Shown here piece by piece: positions 26,890 to 39,305 of a stretch of 64,000 nt of DNA. A program made the translations under genes and the position numbers. This DNA is from Haliotis cracherodii. Lineage: Eukaryota. The notes under the pieces were generated by a model that was given only the letters and a program-made list of their open reading frames with translations, ran no database searches and was not told where the DNA came from. The DNA is taken from NCBI RefSeq assembly GCF_022045235.1, contig NW_027266264.1:186001-250000 (forward strand). The letters are read 5' to 3'. Position 1 is the first letter of the stretch; every line of letters begins with the position of its first letter.

Positions 26890-26985
26890 TCGTCCTCGTC
26901 ATCAGCAACTACAGGACGTCCTCGTCATCAGCAACTACAGGACGTCCTCGTCATCAGCAACTACAGGACGTCCTCATCATCAGGG
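26890..26985. repeat. 26-bp tandem repeat (~3.5 copies) overlapping the stop codon and 3' UTR
   Basis: CGTCCTCGTCATCAGCAACTACAGGA, period 26. Confidence 0.9.
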
Positions 26986-26992
26986 TAGGGAG
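26961..26992 (-). CDS. Secreted precursor, exon 4 (terminal): (P)PYPDDEDVL*
   Basis: Acceptor TGTGTTTCCAATTCAG; phase-1 join C|CT with exon 3; TAG at 26963-26961; AATAAA downstream; acidic composition continues exon 3. Confidence 0.72.
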
Positions 26993-27492
26993 CTGAATTG
27001 GAAACACATGAAGTGAGTTAACTTGGAGGATCACCTATTAACTGTCGGCTGTCTTGGGTAAAAACATCATATTTACAGTGAGGTTACAGTGACACGGACG
27101 GTAACAGGTAATATATAGTTTGAACATAATAGGAGGGCAAGACATAATGAACTGACTTCAAGTGTAGCAGATAATATATAGTTTGAACATTATAGAAGAG
27201 GGAAATACTGAACTGACTTCAAGTGTAGCAGATAATTTATAGTCTGAACATAATAGGAGGGCAAAACATAATGAACTGACTTCAAGTGTAGCAGATAATT
27301 TATAGTCTGAACATAAATGAGGGCAAAACATAATGAACTGACTTCAAGTGTAGCAGATAATATATAGTTTGAACATAATAGGAGGGCAAAACATACTGAA
27401 CTGACTTCAAGTATAGCAGATGATTTATAGTCTGAACATAATAGGAGGGCAAAACATAATGGACTGACTTCAATTGTAGCAGATAATATATA

Positions 27493-28886
27493 AACTGACG
27501 GCCAAAAGAAACGTTACCAACGATATTTCTAGGAAAAAATATGACCAACACAATTTGAAGCAGCAATAACAATTGTATTGTAGAAATTCATCATTCAGAA
27601 CAGTAAAATGCGAATTTACTAATTCAACAACAAAGTCCTTTACCTCCAACAGGGACATTTCTTAACAAGGGGTCATTCGTCCAGTATTCGATCGGATCAA
27701 CAACATTGGTTACAACTTTAAGGTGACGACGGCCCAGACTGTTCAATACGGGATATGTAGCAATTCAATTTCCGAAGACGACGCCCCAGCTGGTCCCAGA
27801 GGTGTTCTATGGGTGACAGATCTGGTGAACGAGCTGACCACGGCAGGACAGTCACGTTGTTGGCGTTGAGGAAGTCTCTAGTAATACGGGCTTTATGGGG
27901 TGTGGCGTTATCTTGTTGGAACACCGTCCTTTGTTGACGCTGGATGAAAGGAAGAACCACTGGCCGTAAGATATTGTCAATGTAGCGTTGTGCTGTCAGA
28001 TTGCCTTCGATGATGACAAGTTCCGTCTTCTCGTCCCCGCAAATGCCGCCCCAGACCATCACACTTCCGCCCCCATAAGGTTCCACCTCCTGGACACAAC
28101 AAGGAGCCGTACGTTCACCTTGTCGTCGATAAACTCGCGTCCGCCCATCAGGTTTGAAGAGTTGGAACCTGCTTTCGTCACTAAACAGCACTCGCCGCCA
28201 TTTCCGTTGTTGCCATCGCTGAGTTTGCCTGCACAACGTCAATCTGGCACGTCGAAGTTGACGGGTCAAGGTCATGCCCTTGAAAGGGCGATAAGTCCGG
28301 AGACCATAATGTCGTAGTCGTCTGGTCATTGTTTGTCTGCTGACCGGATGTCCTAAGCTGTTGGCAGCTGATGACGTCACAGTAAGAAATCTGTTCCTCA
28401 GATGAAGTACCCGTAAAAAGCGGTCATCCTGCGGGGTCGTGACCTTTGCCTGCCACTCCGTGGTCTGTCTGCGGTTCTGCCAGTCTGTCAGAGACGTGCA
28501 ACCAGTCTGGCAATGGTCATGTTGGAGCAGTTCATATTAATAGCAACCTCTCTCTGTGTCGCTCCCATCTGCAGCATACCTATGGCTCTCTCCCACTGGA
28601 CAGCGGTCAGTCCTGGCATGTTCGTTGGTGTTAATCATCGCAACCAATGATAGGGAACAGATCCGTGCGTAATTTATACCCGGAAATTGCACGATCATTT
28701 GGGAAAGAATGTTTTAAAAAATTGCTGAAAAACTCCTAAAATCCGTAAAGCACGCGCAAAGAACGACAGAGAACATGAAGGCTGTATTCGTGAGATGTGT
28801 TCTTTACTGTTTTTGAACAGGTTGGCATCTTTGTTTAAAAGTGGCAAATCAGTTAATGTTGGTAACGTTTCTTTTGGCCCTCAGTT
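27493..28886 (-). mobile_element. Tc1 (Tc1/mariner, DD34E) DNA transposon, 1394 bp
   Basis: 29-bp TIRs AACTGA(C/G)GGCCAAAAGAAACGTTACCAAC at 27493-27521 and 28858-28886 (1 mismatch); TA duplication at 27491-27492 and 28887-28888; removing the element restores the 63-bp unit. Confidence 0.96.
27718..28619 (-). pseudogene. Tc1 transposase pseudogene
   Basis: ATG at 28619 begins MPGLTAVQWERAIGMLQMGATQREVA (HTH-like); in-frame TGA at 28490-28488; frameshift near the GRPR-like motif (~28445); catalytic motifs VLFSDESRF, FQQDNATPH and SPDLSPIEHLW with 34 residues between D and E; degenerate C-terminus. Confidence 0.93.
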
Positions 28887-28981
28887 TAGTTTGAACATAA
28901 TAGTAGCGGGACATAATGAACTGACTTCAAGTGTAGCAGATAATATCTAGTTTGAACATAACAGGAAGGCAAGACATAATG

Positions 28982-29189
28982 TAAATTTGTTTGTTGTTTA
29001 AAGCCGTACTCAGCAATATTCCAGTACATGACGGGGGTCTGTAAATATTAATGATAATAATTTGGGATACAATGACATGCATCAACCAAATCAACGAGCC
29101 TTACCACCCGATCCCGTTAGTCGCCTCTTACGACAAGCAAATTCGCCTTTTACGGCAAGCATGGGTTGCTAAAGACCTATACTACCCAT
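28982..29189 (-). mobile_element. Family B short retroposon (no tRNA head, (CAAA)n tail)
   Basis: Homologous to 39070-39305, 46655-46875 and 47286-47534; 12-bp TSD CAAGACATAATG at 28970-28981 and 29190-29201. Confidence 0.88.
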
Positions 29190-29263
29190 CAAGACATAAT
29201 GAACTGATTTGAAGTGAAGTAGGTGATAATTTAAACATGTAACATAAAGGTTTCAGCACTTAC

Positions 29264-29560
29264 GCTTGGCGGCGTGTGTTAGGTCAGAGTCTTCCTCCAT
29301 CATTTGCCCATCATCTGTGTTTCTGCGCGCCAGGTCGCTAAAGTCGGGGTCAACGTGCTTCAGGTCGCCAAGGTCCCGGTCAACGTGCTTCAGGTCGTCA
29401 AGGTCCCGGTCTGTGTGCTTCAGGTCGGCAAGGTCCCGGTCAACGTGCTTCAGGTCGTCAAGGTCCCGGTCTGTGTGCTTCAGGTCGTCAAGGTCCCGGT
29501 CTGTGTGCTTCAGGTCGTCAAGGTCCCGGTCTGTGTGCTTCAGGTCGCCAAGGTCCCGGT
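29264..29560 (-). CDS. Secreted precursor, exon 3: 7 x DRDL(D/G/A)DLKH(T/V) plus acidic tail
   Basis: 297-nt phase 1-1 exon; acceptor TTGCACATAG, donor AAGC|GTAAGT; 30-bp repeats without indels flanked by unique in-frame coding-like sequence. Confidence 0.8.
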
Positions 29561-29654
29561 CTATGTGCAATGACAGTTACAGTTATCCGACCACTTATCC
29601 AACACTAGTCGACACTAATCAACACTTTTTCAAGTTATCCAATACTACAGACAA

Positions 29655-30389
29655 TCATAGATAGATAGATAGAGAGATGATAGATAGATAGACGATAACT
29701 ATATAGATAGATGATAGATAGATAGATAGATAGATAGATGATAGCAAGAAAGAGGATAGATAGATGATTGATACAAAGATAGATATATAGATAGAAAGAG
29801 GATAGATAGATGATAGATAAATAGATGATAGCTATATAGATAAATGATAAATATATAGATATATAGAGAGGTGATAGATAGGTGATAGATAATAGATANN
29901 NNNNNNNNNNNNNNNNNNNNNNNNNNNNNNNNNNNNNNNNNNNNNNNNNNNNNNNNNNNNNNNNNNNNNNNNNNNNNNNNNNNNNNNNNNNNNNNNNNNN
30001 NNNNNNNNNNNNNNNNNNNNNNNNNNNNNNNNNNNNNNNNNNNNNNNNNNNNNNNNNNNNNNNNNNNNNNNNNNNNNNNNNNNNNNNNNNNNNNNNNNNN
30101 NNNNNNNNNNNNNNNNNNNNNNNNNNNNNNNNNTGATAGATGACAGATAGATAAATGGACAGATAGATAATAGCGAGAAAGAGGATAGATAGATGATTGT
30201 TAGAAAGATAGATATATAGATAGATAGATATATAGATAGGTGATAGATGGTAGATAGATGGAAAGATAGATACATATACAGATAGATGATAGATAGATAG
30301 ATGATAGATAAGTAGATAGAAAGGAAGAAGATACATAGATGATAGATGGATAGATGATAGAGAGATGGATGACAGATAGATTATAGATA
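29655..30389. repeat. Degenerate (GATA)n array containing gap 29899-30133
   Basis: GATA/GATAGAT reiteration. Confidence 0.95.
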
Positions 30390-31070
30390 NNNNNNNNNNN
30401 NNNNNNNNNNNNNNNNNNNNNNNNNNNNNNNNNNNNNNNNNNNNNNNNNNNNNNNNNNNNNNNNNNNNNNNNNNNNNNNNNNNNNNNNNNNNNNNNNNNN
30501 NNNNNNNNNNNNNNNNNNNNNNNNNNNNNNNNNNNNNNNNNNNNNNNNNNNNNNNNNNNNNNNNNNNNNNNNNNNNNNNNNNNNNNNNNNNNNNNNNNNN
30601 NNNNNNNNNNNNNNNNNNNNNNNNNNNNNNNNNNNNNNNNNNNNNNNNNNNNNNNNNNNNNNNNNNNNNNNNNNNNNNNNNNNNNNNNNNNNNNNNNNNN
30701 NNNNNNNNNNNNNNNNNNNNNNNNNNNNNNNNNNNNNNNNNNNNNNNNNNNNNNNNNNNNNNNNNNNNNNNNNNNNNNNNNNNNNNNNNNNNNNNNNNNN
30801 NNNNNNNNNNNNNNNNNNNNNNNNNNNNNNNNNNNNNNNNNNNNNNNNNNNNNNNNNNNNNNNNNNNNNNNNNNNNNNNNNNNNNNNNNNNNNNNNNNNN
30901 NNNNNNNNNNNNNNNNNNNNNNNNNNNNNNNNNNNNNNNNNNNNNNNNNNNNNNNNNNNNNNNNNNNNNNNNNNNNNNNNNNNNNNNNNNNNNNNNNNNN
31001 NNNNNNNNNNNNNNNNNNNNNNNNNNNNNNNNNNNNNNNNNNNNNNNNNNNNNNNNNNNNNNNNNNNNNN
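30390..31070. other. Assembly gap (N run) inside predicted intron 2
   Basis: Run of N. Confidence 1.
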
Positions 31071-31167
31071 TTTTCCCATGTAAAAGAAAGTAGACTATTG
31101 TATTGTATTCCTATTGTTATTTGCTGAGTTCCCTTAACACAGTTCCATTAATTGTAGTTGCACTGAC

Positions 31168-31267
31168 CTGTGAGCCCAAACTTCAGTCTTATACGAGCCT
31201 TGCGTCGTTCTCCTGCTGCTTCATGGCACAACAACATCACGACGATGACCAGAACTAGCAACACTTT
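31168..31267 (-). CDS. Secreted precursor, exon 2: KVLLVLVIVVMLLCHEAAG-ERRKARIRLKFGLT (signal peptide core plus cationic peptide)
   Basis: 100-nt exon, acceptor ATGTTTACAG, donor ACAG|GTCAGT, phase 0 to 1; 12-residue hydrophobic h-region and A-x-G cleavage motif. Confidence 0.82.
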
Positions 31268-31274
31268 CTGTAAA

Positions 31275-34200
31275 CATATGTAATGTCACAAGTACCCATG
31301 TCTGTAGTGTCAATAGTACCCATGTCTTAAGTGTCAAAAGTACCCATGTCTGTAATGTCACAAGTACCCATGTCTTTAGTGTCAAAAGTACCCATGTCTG
31401 TAATGTCACAAGTACCCATGTCTGTAGTGTCACAAGTACCCATGTCTTTAGTGTCAATAGTACCCATGTCTGTAATGTCACAAGTACCCATGTCTGTAGT
31501 GTCACAAGTACCCATGTCTTTAGTGTCAATAGTACCAATGTCTGTAGTGTCACAAGTACCCATGTCTGTAGTGTCAATAGTACCCATGTCTATAGCGTCA
31601 ATAGTACCCATGTCTGTAATGTCACAAGTACCCATGTCTTTAGTGTCACAAGTACCCATGTCTTTAATGTCACCAGTACCCATGTCTGTAGCGTCAATAG
31701 TACCCATGTCTGTAGTGTCACAAGTACTCATGTCTGTAGTGTCACAAGTACCCATGTCTTTAATGTCACCAGTACCCATGTCTGTAGTGTCACAAGTACC
31801 CATGTCTTTAGTGTCAATAGTACCCATGTCTGTAGTGTCACAAGTACCCATGTCTGTAGTGTCAATAGTACCCATGTCTATAGCGTCAATAGTACCCATG
31901 TCTGTAATGTCACAAGTACCCATGTCTGTAGTGTCACAAGTACCCATGTCTTTAGTGTCACAAGTACCCATGTCTTTAGTGTCACAAGTACTCATGTCTG
32001 TAGTGTCACAGGTACCCATGTCTTTAATGTCACCAGTACCCATGTCTGTAGTGTCACAAGTACCCATGTCTTTAATGTCAATAGTACCCATGTCTGTAAT
32101 GTCACAAGTACCCATGTCTGTAGCGTCAATAGTACCCTTGTCTGTAGTGTCACAAGTACCCATGTCTTTAATGTCAATAGTACCCATGTCTGTAATGTCA
32201 CAAGTACCCATGTCTGTAGTGTCACAAGTACCCATGTCTTTAATGTCACCAGTACCCATGTCTGTAGTGTCACAAGTACCCATGTCTTTAATGTCAATAG
32301 TACCCATGTCGGTAATGTCACCAGTACCCATGTCTTTAGTGTCACAAGTACCCATGTCTGTAGTGTCACAAGTACCCATGTCTGTAGTGTCACAAGTACC
32401 CATGTCTTTAGTGTCACAAGTACCCATGTCTGTAATGTTACAAGTACCCATGTCTTTAGTGTCACAAGTACCCATGTCTTTAGTGTCACAAGTACCCATG
32501 TCTTTAGTGTCACAAGTACCCATGTCTGTAGTGTCACAAGTACCCATGTCTGTAGTGTCAATAGTACCCATGTCTATAGCGTCAATAGTACCCATGTCTG
32601 TAATGTCACAAGTACCCATGTCTTTAATGTCACCAGTACCCATGTCTGTAGTGTCACAAGTACCCATGTCTTTAGTGTCAAAAGTACCCATGTCTGTAAT
32701 GTCACAAGTACCCATGTCTGTAGTGTCACAAGTACCCATGTCTTCAGTGTCAATAGTACCCATGTCGGTAATGTCACAAGTACCCATGTCTGTAGTGTCA
32801 CAAGTACCCATGTCTTTAGTGTCAATAGTACCAATGTCTGTAGTGTCACAAGTACCCATGTCTGTAGTGTCAATAGTACCCATGTCTATAGCGTCAATAG
32901 TACCCATGTCTGTAATGTCACAAGTACCCATGTCTTTAGTGTCACAAGTACCCATGTCTTTAATGTCACCAGTACCCATGTCTGTAGCGTCAATAGTACC
33001 CATGTCTGTAGTGTCACAAGTACTCATGTCTGTAGTGTCACAAGTACCCATGTCTTTAATGTCACCAGTACCCATGTCTTTAGTGTCACAAGTACCCATG
33101 TCTTTAGTGTCAATAGTACCCATGTCTGTAGTGTCACAAGTACCCATGTCTGTAGTGTCAATAGTACCCATGTCTATAGCGTCAATAGTACCCATGTCTG
33201 TAATGTCACAAGTACCCATGTCTGTAGTGTCACAAGTACCCATGTCTTTAGTGTCACAAGTACCCATGTCTTTAGTGTCACAAGTACTCATGTCTGTAGT
33301 GTCACAGGTACCCATGTCTTTAATGTCACCAGTACCCATGTCTGTAGTGTCACAAGTACCCATGTCTTTAATGTCAATAGTACCCATGTCTGTAATGTCA
33401 CAAGTACCCATGTCTGTAGCGTCAATAGTACCCTTGTCTGTAGTGTCACAAGTACCCATGTCTTTAATGTCAATAGTACCCATGTCTGTAATGTCACAAG
33501 TACCCATGTCTGTAGTGTCACAAGTACCCATGTCTTTAATGTCACCAGTACCCATGTCTGTAGTGTCACAAGTACCCATGTCTTTAATGTCAATAGTACC
33601 CATGTCGGTAATGTCACCAGTACCCATGTCTTTAGTGTCACAAGTACCCATGTCTGTAGTGTCACAAGTACCCATGTCTGTAGTGTCACAAGTACCCATG
33701 TCTTTAGTGTCACAAGTACCCATGTCTGTAATGTTACAAGTACCCATGTCTTTAGTGTCACAAGTACCCATGTCTTTAGTGTCACAAGTACCCATGTCTT
33801 TAGTGTCACAAGTACCCATGTCTGTAGTGTCACAAGTACCCATGTCTGTAGTGTCAATAGTACCCATGTCTATAGCGTCAATAGTACCCATGTCTGTAAT
33901 GTCACAAGTACCCATGTCTGTAGTGTCACAAGTACCCATGTCTTTAGTGTCACAAGTACCCATGTCTGTAGTGTCACAAGTACCCATGTCTGTAGTGTCA
34001 CAAGTACTCATGTCTGTAGTGTCACAAGTACCCATGTCTTTAATGTCAATAGTACCCATGTCTGTAATGTCACAAGTACCCATGTCTGTAGTGTCAAAAG
34101 TACTCATGTCTGTAGTGTCACAAGTACCCATGTCTTTAGTGTCAATAGTACCTATGTCTGTAGTGTCAAAAGTACCCATGTCTTTAGTGTCACAAGTACC

Positions 34201-35665
34201 CTTGTCTGTAGTGTCACCAGTACCCATGTCTTTAGTGTCAATTGTATCTATGTCTGTAGTGTCACAAGTACACTAAAGACACTGGTACTGGTGACACTAC
34301 ATACATGGGTACTTGTGACACTAAAGACATGGGTACTGGTGACACTACAGATAAGGGTACTGGTGATACTACAGACATGGGTACTCGTGACACAAGTACC
34401 CATGTCTTTAGTGTCACAAGTACCCAGGTCTTTAGTGTCACAAGTACCCAGGTCTGTAGTGCCAATGGTACCCATGTCTTTAGTGTCACAAGTACCCATG
34501 TCTTTAGTGTCACAAGTACCCATGTCTTTAGTGTCACAAGTACCCATGTCTGTAATGTCACAAGTACCCATGTCTTTAGTGTCACAAGTACCCATGTCTG
34601 TAGTGTCACAAGTACCCATGTCTTTAGTGTCACAGGTACCCATGTCTTTAATGTCACCAGTACCCATGTCTTTAGTGTCACAAGTACCCATGTCTTTAAT
34701 GTCACAAGTACCCATGTCTTTAGTGTCACAAGTACCCATGTCTGTAATGTCACAAGTACCCATGTCTGTAATGTCACAAGTACCCATGTCTTTAATGTCA
34801 CAAGTACCCATGTCTGTAGTGTCACAAGTACCCATGTCTTTAGTGTCACAAGTACCCATGTCTTTAGTGTCACAAGTACCCATGTCTTTAGTGTCACAAG
34901 TACCCTTGTCTGTAGTGTCACAAGTACCCATGTCTTTAGTGTCACAAGTACCCATGTCTGTAGTGTCACAAGTACCCATGTCTTTAGTGTCACAGGTACC
35001 CATGTCTTTAATGTCACCAGTACCCATGTCTTTAGTGTCACAAGTACCCATGTCTGTAATGTCACAAGTACCCATGTCTGTAGTGTCACAAGTACCCATG
35101 TCTTTAGTGTCACAAGTACCCATGTCTGTAATGTTACAAGTACCCATGTCTTTAGTGTCACAAGTACCCATGTCTTTAGTGTCACAAGTACCCATGTCTT
35201 TAGTGTCACAAGTACCCATGTCTGTAGTGTCACAAGTACCCATGCCTTTAGTGTCAAAAGTACCCTTGTCTGTAGTGTCACAAGTACCCATGTCTTTAGT
35301 GTCACAAGTACCCATGTCTTTAGTGTCACAAGTACCCATGTCTGTAGTGTCACAAGTACCCATGTCTTTAGTGTCACCAGTACCCATGTCTTTAATGTCA
35401 CCAGTACCCATGTCTGTAGCGTCAATAGTACCCATGTCTTTAGTGTCACAAGTACCCATGTCTTTAGTGTCACAAGTACCCATGTCTGTAGTGTCACAAG
35501 TACCCTTGTCTGTAGTGTCACAAGTACCCATGTCTTTAGTGTCACAAGTACCCATGTCTTTAGTGTCACAAGTACCCATGTCTATAATGTCACCAGTACC
35601 CATGTCTTTAGTGTCACAAGTACCCATGTCTTTAGTGTCACTACCGCCAGTACCTATGTCTTTAA
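31275..35665. repeat. 24-bp minisatellite (GTCACAAGTACCCATGTCTGTAGT), ~180 units, with an internal inversion and a 1296-bp higher-order duplication
   Basis: Period 24; identical ORFs at 31992 and 33288 (offset 1296 = 54 units); inverted units at ~34271-34391. Confidence 0.97.
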
Positions 35666-36514
35666 TGGCTCTACAAAAACTGTATTGTTATCTCAACCTC
35701 ATTATTCAGAATGTAAAACGCATAAACCATGGATCGCCAAGTTCATTTCCTGGGTCAGATTAAATCAATTACACGAATGTCACTCGTGTTTGATATGGTG
35801 GCTGATTCGGACAATCGCCATATCGGCCTCAGTTATCCACTGGATATGGCGACAGTGCATCAGTTCGACACGACACTGCGATATCGCGACACAATATAGA
35901 GATATTGCGATACAGTCAAATACGAAAACGATACAGTCGAAAAAACAATAACACTACTGTGTCTGGGTGAACTTCATTCAGTCTGAGATTTGCTCATAAA
36001 TCCAGGTCAGATATGATGGAGGCATTAAATGTTACGTAACATGCCAGTGACAGTGTAGCAAGAGAGGAATGATAGGTTGAGTTACAAAAAATACATCGAT
36101 CAAAGGAATAGCCGATAACCATCTGTTGTCTTGCACAGTGGATTTGTCAAAAGTCAGACAGATAGAAAGACAGAAGGGTTTATTTGTGCCCCATTCGTAG
36201 ATACAAACAAAAACACAGATTATCTCAGTATCTACAGATCCCAATATCTACGAGCAATCGCCCAGCGACTTATGAAAAACAATAAAACAAATTAATGAAT
36301 ACATAACATGTTAATTTATGAGGAGACTGAAATAGCTAAATAATAAATACTGTGCTGTATACATTTACATGCACATACATTATATAAAATATCTCGGCGT
36401 TTAATTAAAATAGCATGGCAGATTTTGGCAAAGCAAAACGTGAGATCTTGGTTTGCTGAAATACTAGTAAATGTGTCTGTACAAGACACTGCGTTGAAGT
36501 AAGGGAGGGTAAAG

Positions 36515-37710
36515 CTACATGTAGTAAGAAGGTGGTCCTCTTGTCGCTGTATATAGGGCATAAAAGTACATGTACATGTAGTAAGAAGGTGGTCCTCTTG
36601 TCGCTGTATATAGGGCATAAAAGTACATGTATATGTAGTAAGAAGGTGGTCCTCTTGTCGCTGTATATAGGGCATAAAAGTACATGTACATGTAGTAAGA
36701 AGGTGGTCCTCTTGTCACTGTATATAGGGCATAAAAGTACATGTATATGTAGTAAGAAGGTGGTCCTCTTGTCGCTGTATATAGGGCATAAAAGTACATG
36801 TACATGTAGTAAGAAGGTGGTCCTCTTGTCACTGTATATAGGGCATAAAACTACATGTACATGTAGTAAGAAGGTGGTCCTCTTGTCGCTGTATATAGGG
36901 CATAAAAGTACATGTACATGAAGTAAGAAGGTGGTCCTCTTGTCGCTGTATATAGGGCATAAAAGTACATGTACATGTAGTAAGAAGGTGGTCCTCTTGT
37001 CGCTGTATATAGGGCATAAAACTACATGTACATGTAGTAAGAAGGTGGTCCTCTTGTCGCTGTATATAGGGCATAAAAGTACATGCACATGTTGTAAGAA
37101 GGTGGTCCTCTTGCCGCTGTATATAGGGCATAAAAGTACATGTACATGTAGTAAGAAGGTGGTCCTCTTGTCGCTGTATATAGGGCATAAAAGTACATGT
37201 ACATGTAGTAAGAAGGTGGTCCTCTTGTCGCTGTATATAGGGCATAAAACTACATGTACATGTAGTAAGAAGGTGGTCCTCTTGTCGCTGTATATAGGGC
37301 ATAAAAGTACATGTACATGTAGTAAGAAGGTGGTCCTCTTGTCACTGTATATAGGGCATAAAACTACATGTACATGTAGTAAGAAGGTGGTCCTCTTGTC
37401 GCTGTATATAGGGCATAAAAGTACATGTACATGTAGTAAGAAGGTGGTCCTCTTGTCGCTGTATATAGGGCATAAAAGTACATGTACATGTAGTAAGAAG
37501 GTGGTCCTCTTGTCGCTGTATATAGGGCATAAAAGTACATGTACATGTTGTAAGAAGGTGGTCCTCTTGTCGCTGTATATAGGGCATAAAAGTACATGTA
37601 CATGTAGTAAGAAGGTGGTCCTCTTGTCGCTGTATATAGGGCATAAAAGTACATGTACATGTAGTAAGAAGGTGGTCCTCTTGTCACTGTATATAGGGCA
37701 TAAAAGTACA
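36515..37710. repeat. 57-bp minisatellite, ~21 near-identical copies
   Basis: Unit TACATGTACATGTAGTAAGAAGGTGGTCCTCTTGTCGCTGTATATAGGGCATAAAAG. Confidence 0.97.
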
Positions 37711-39069
37711 ACATGTGCTTCATCCCGGATACAGTGTTTATTGTTAAAACAACATATTTCTCCCCAAGGTACATTCTCGTAGTGACCAGTCTCTAGTCTT
37801 TAAGGCGCCACTCCCCATCTAAATTTAACCAGTCCACTCCTGTGATTTCTATTGAGCGGACATTTCACATGTAGTTCAACCGCATAAGTATCTTGAAACA
37901 ACTTATATGTCCTCGGTTTATTTTTTCCTCGATTTCCTTCTTTTTATAAGTATAGGTTTACAAAGCGGGTGGAATATATCCACATCTGAGCTTGAATTTA
38001 TAGTACCTAGCTGAAAACAACAGAGGACCTATCTCACCTGACCAATAATTCTTGACACCATATACATATATACTCGGACCCCATGGTACCGCGGCATTCA
38101 TCGTATCGCGGCATTTGTGATTTCCGATAGTTCACGCGGGACACGCCTCTTAGCGGCTGTCTATTAATGCAATTCAGTAACCAGGAAGTGCTCACTTCGT
38201 AAACAATTTCAATTTCCTCGGAATGTTCCGTCTGCTGTAAGTAAGGAGTTATTAATCCGTTGATACATATTTCTGGCATCTGTTGTAATATTGCCTTACC
38301 CCCATCTATCAATGACCAACGATATAACCCGCAATTCCCCAAGTAAACTTTCTCTATCGACCTGAACTAGGTCATCTGCATATTCATGGCGACTAATGAG
38401 GTAACGGAAGCTACGTAGTCCGCACATTTTTTCCCGCTCTGTGCTCAGAAACTATTGGGAGATCATAAGGGCCATAATGCCAAACTTAGAAATACGCTCT
38501 TCACTAGTAACCAAAAGATAAATACATACTTTGGGCATACTAGGAGTGTTTTTTATATATTTATTGTTGACTTTTAACATTTTTCCATTTTGTGACAAAT
38601 TATTGTCATCCAATTTTTTAAAAATAATCTTAAAATATCATTTCTGATATTTTGATGTTGACATAAAAATATTTTTCTCTTACTTTTCGGTAAGTATGCA
38701 TTGAATACCTATTGCTGATAACACATTTAGAATTTTACTTGTGCTGTCTTTGCACTTGTCTGGACAAATCACTGATGTCCTGCATGATCATACCAAGTGG
38801 TTGGTAGAATTATGTCCTCTTTTTGTCCAATTCGGACCTCCATACACAACTTTTCTGTGTACCGCGATACGATGGAGTTCCCTCCCTTGTCAAACAGGGC
38901 GCGAGGCCCGGCTTTTACTCGGAGCTACTAATGTAAATAATGAACTTTTATCAGTAAAATATGCATTGTTTGATAACATGAATGATATCTGATACAGAGA
39001 ACACGAATAAACATAAAGGTTAGTGAGTGCATTTTGTTCCGTGGTTAGCGTACATGACAAGTACCGCGA

Positions 39070-39305
39070 TACCCCGAGGTTGCAGGCTAAGCAACCCATG
39101 CTTGCCTTAAAAGGCGACTATGCTTGTCGTAAGAGATGACTAACGGGATCGGGTAAGTTGATGTATGTCAGCGATCCCAATAGCGAGGATCGATGCTCAT
39201 GTTGTCAATCACTGGATTGTCTGGTCCAGACTAGATTATTTACAGACCGCCGTCATATAGCTGGAATATTGCTGAGTGCGGCGTTAAACAACATACAAAC
39301 AAACA
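39070..39305 (+). mobile_element. Family B short retroposon
   Basis: GCAACCCATGCTTG...GTCGTAAGAG...CTAACGGGATCGGG...GCTGGAATATTGCTGAGTGCGGCGTTAAAC plus (CAAA)n. Confidence 0.88.

Larger units (their letters stand above)
27110..29235. repeat. 63-bp minisatellite interrupted by a Tc1 element and a family B retroposon
   Basis: Period 63 (27241 vs 27304); units resume at 28889 and 29190. Confidence 0.9.

Noticed and set aside
26890-26985. CTGATGA on the minus strand in each 26-bp unit (hammerhead core, retrozyme-like)
   Set aside because: No GAAA box or stem arrangement; the motif is explained by Asp codons of exon 4
29266-29664. Plus-strand RS-rich ORF (RSSRSRSVCF)n resembling an SR protein
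   Set aside because: Antisense shadow of exon 3; splice signals and phase fit are on the minus strand; no RRM
36515-37710. CRISPR-like regular array
   Set aside because: Head-to-tail units with no unique spacers, no cas genes, eukaryotic context; the same holds for every array here
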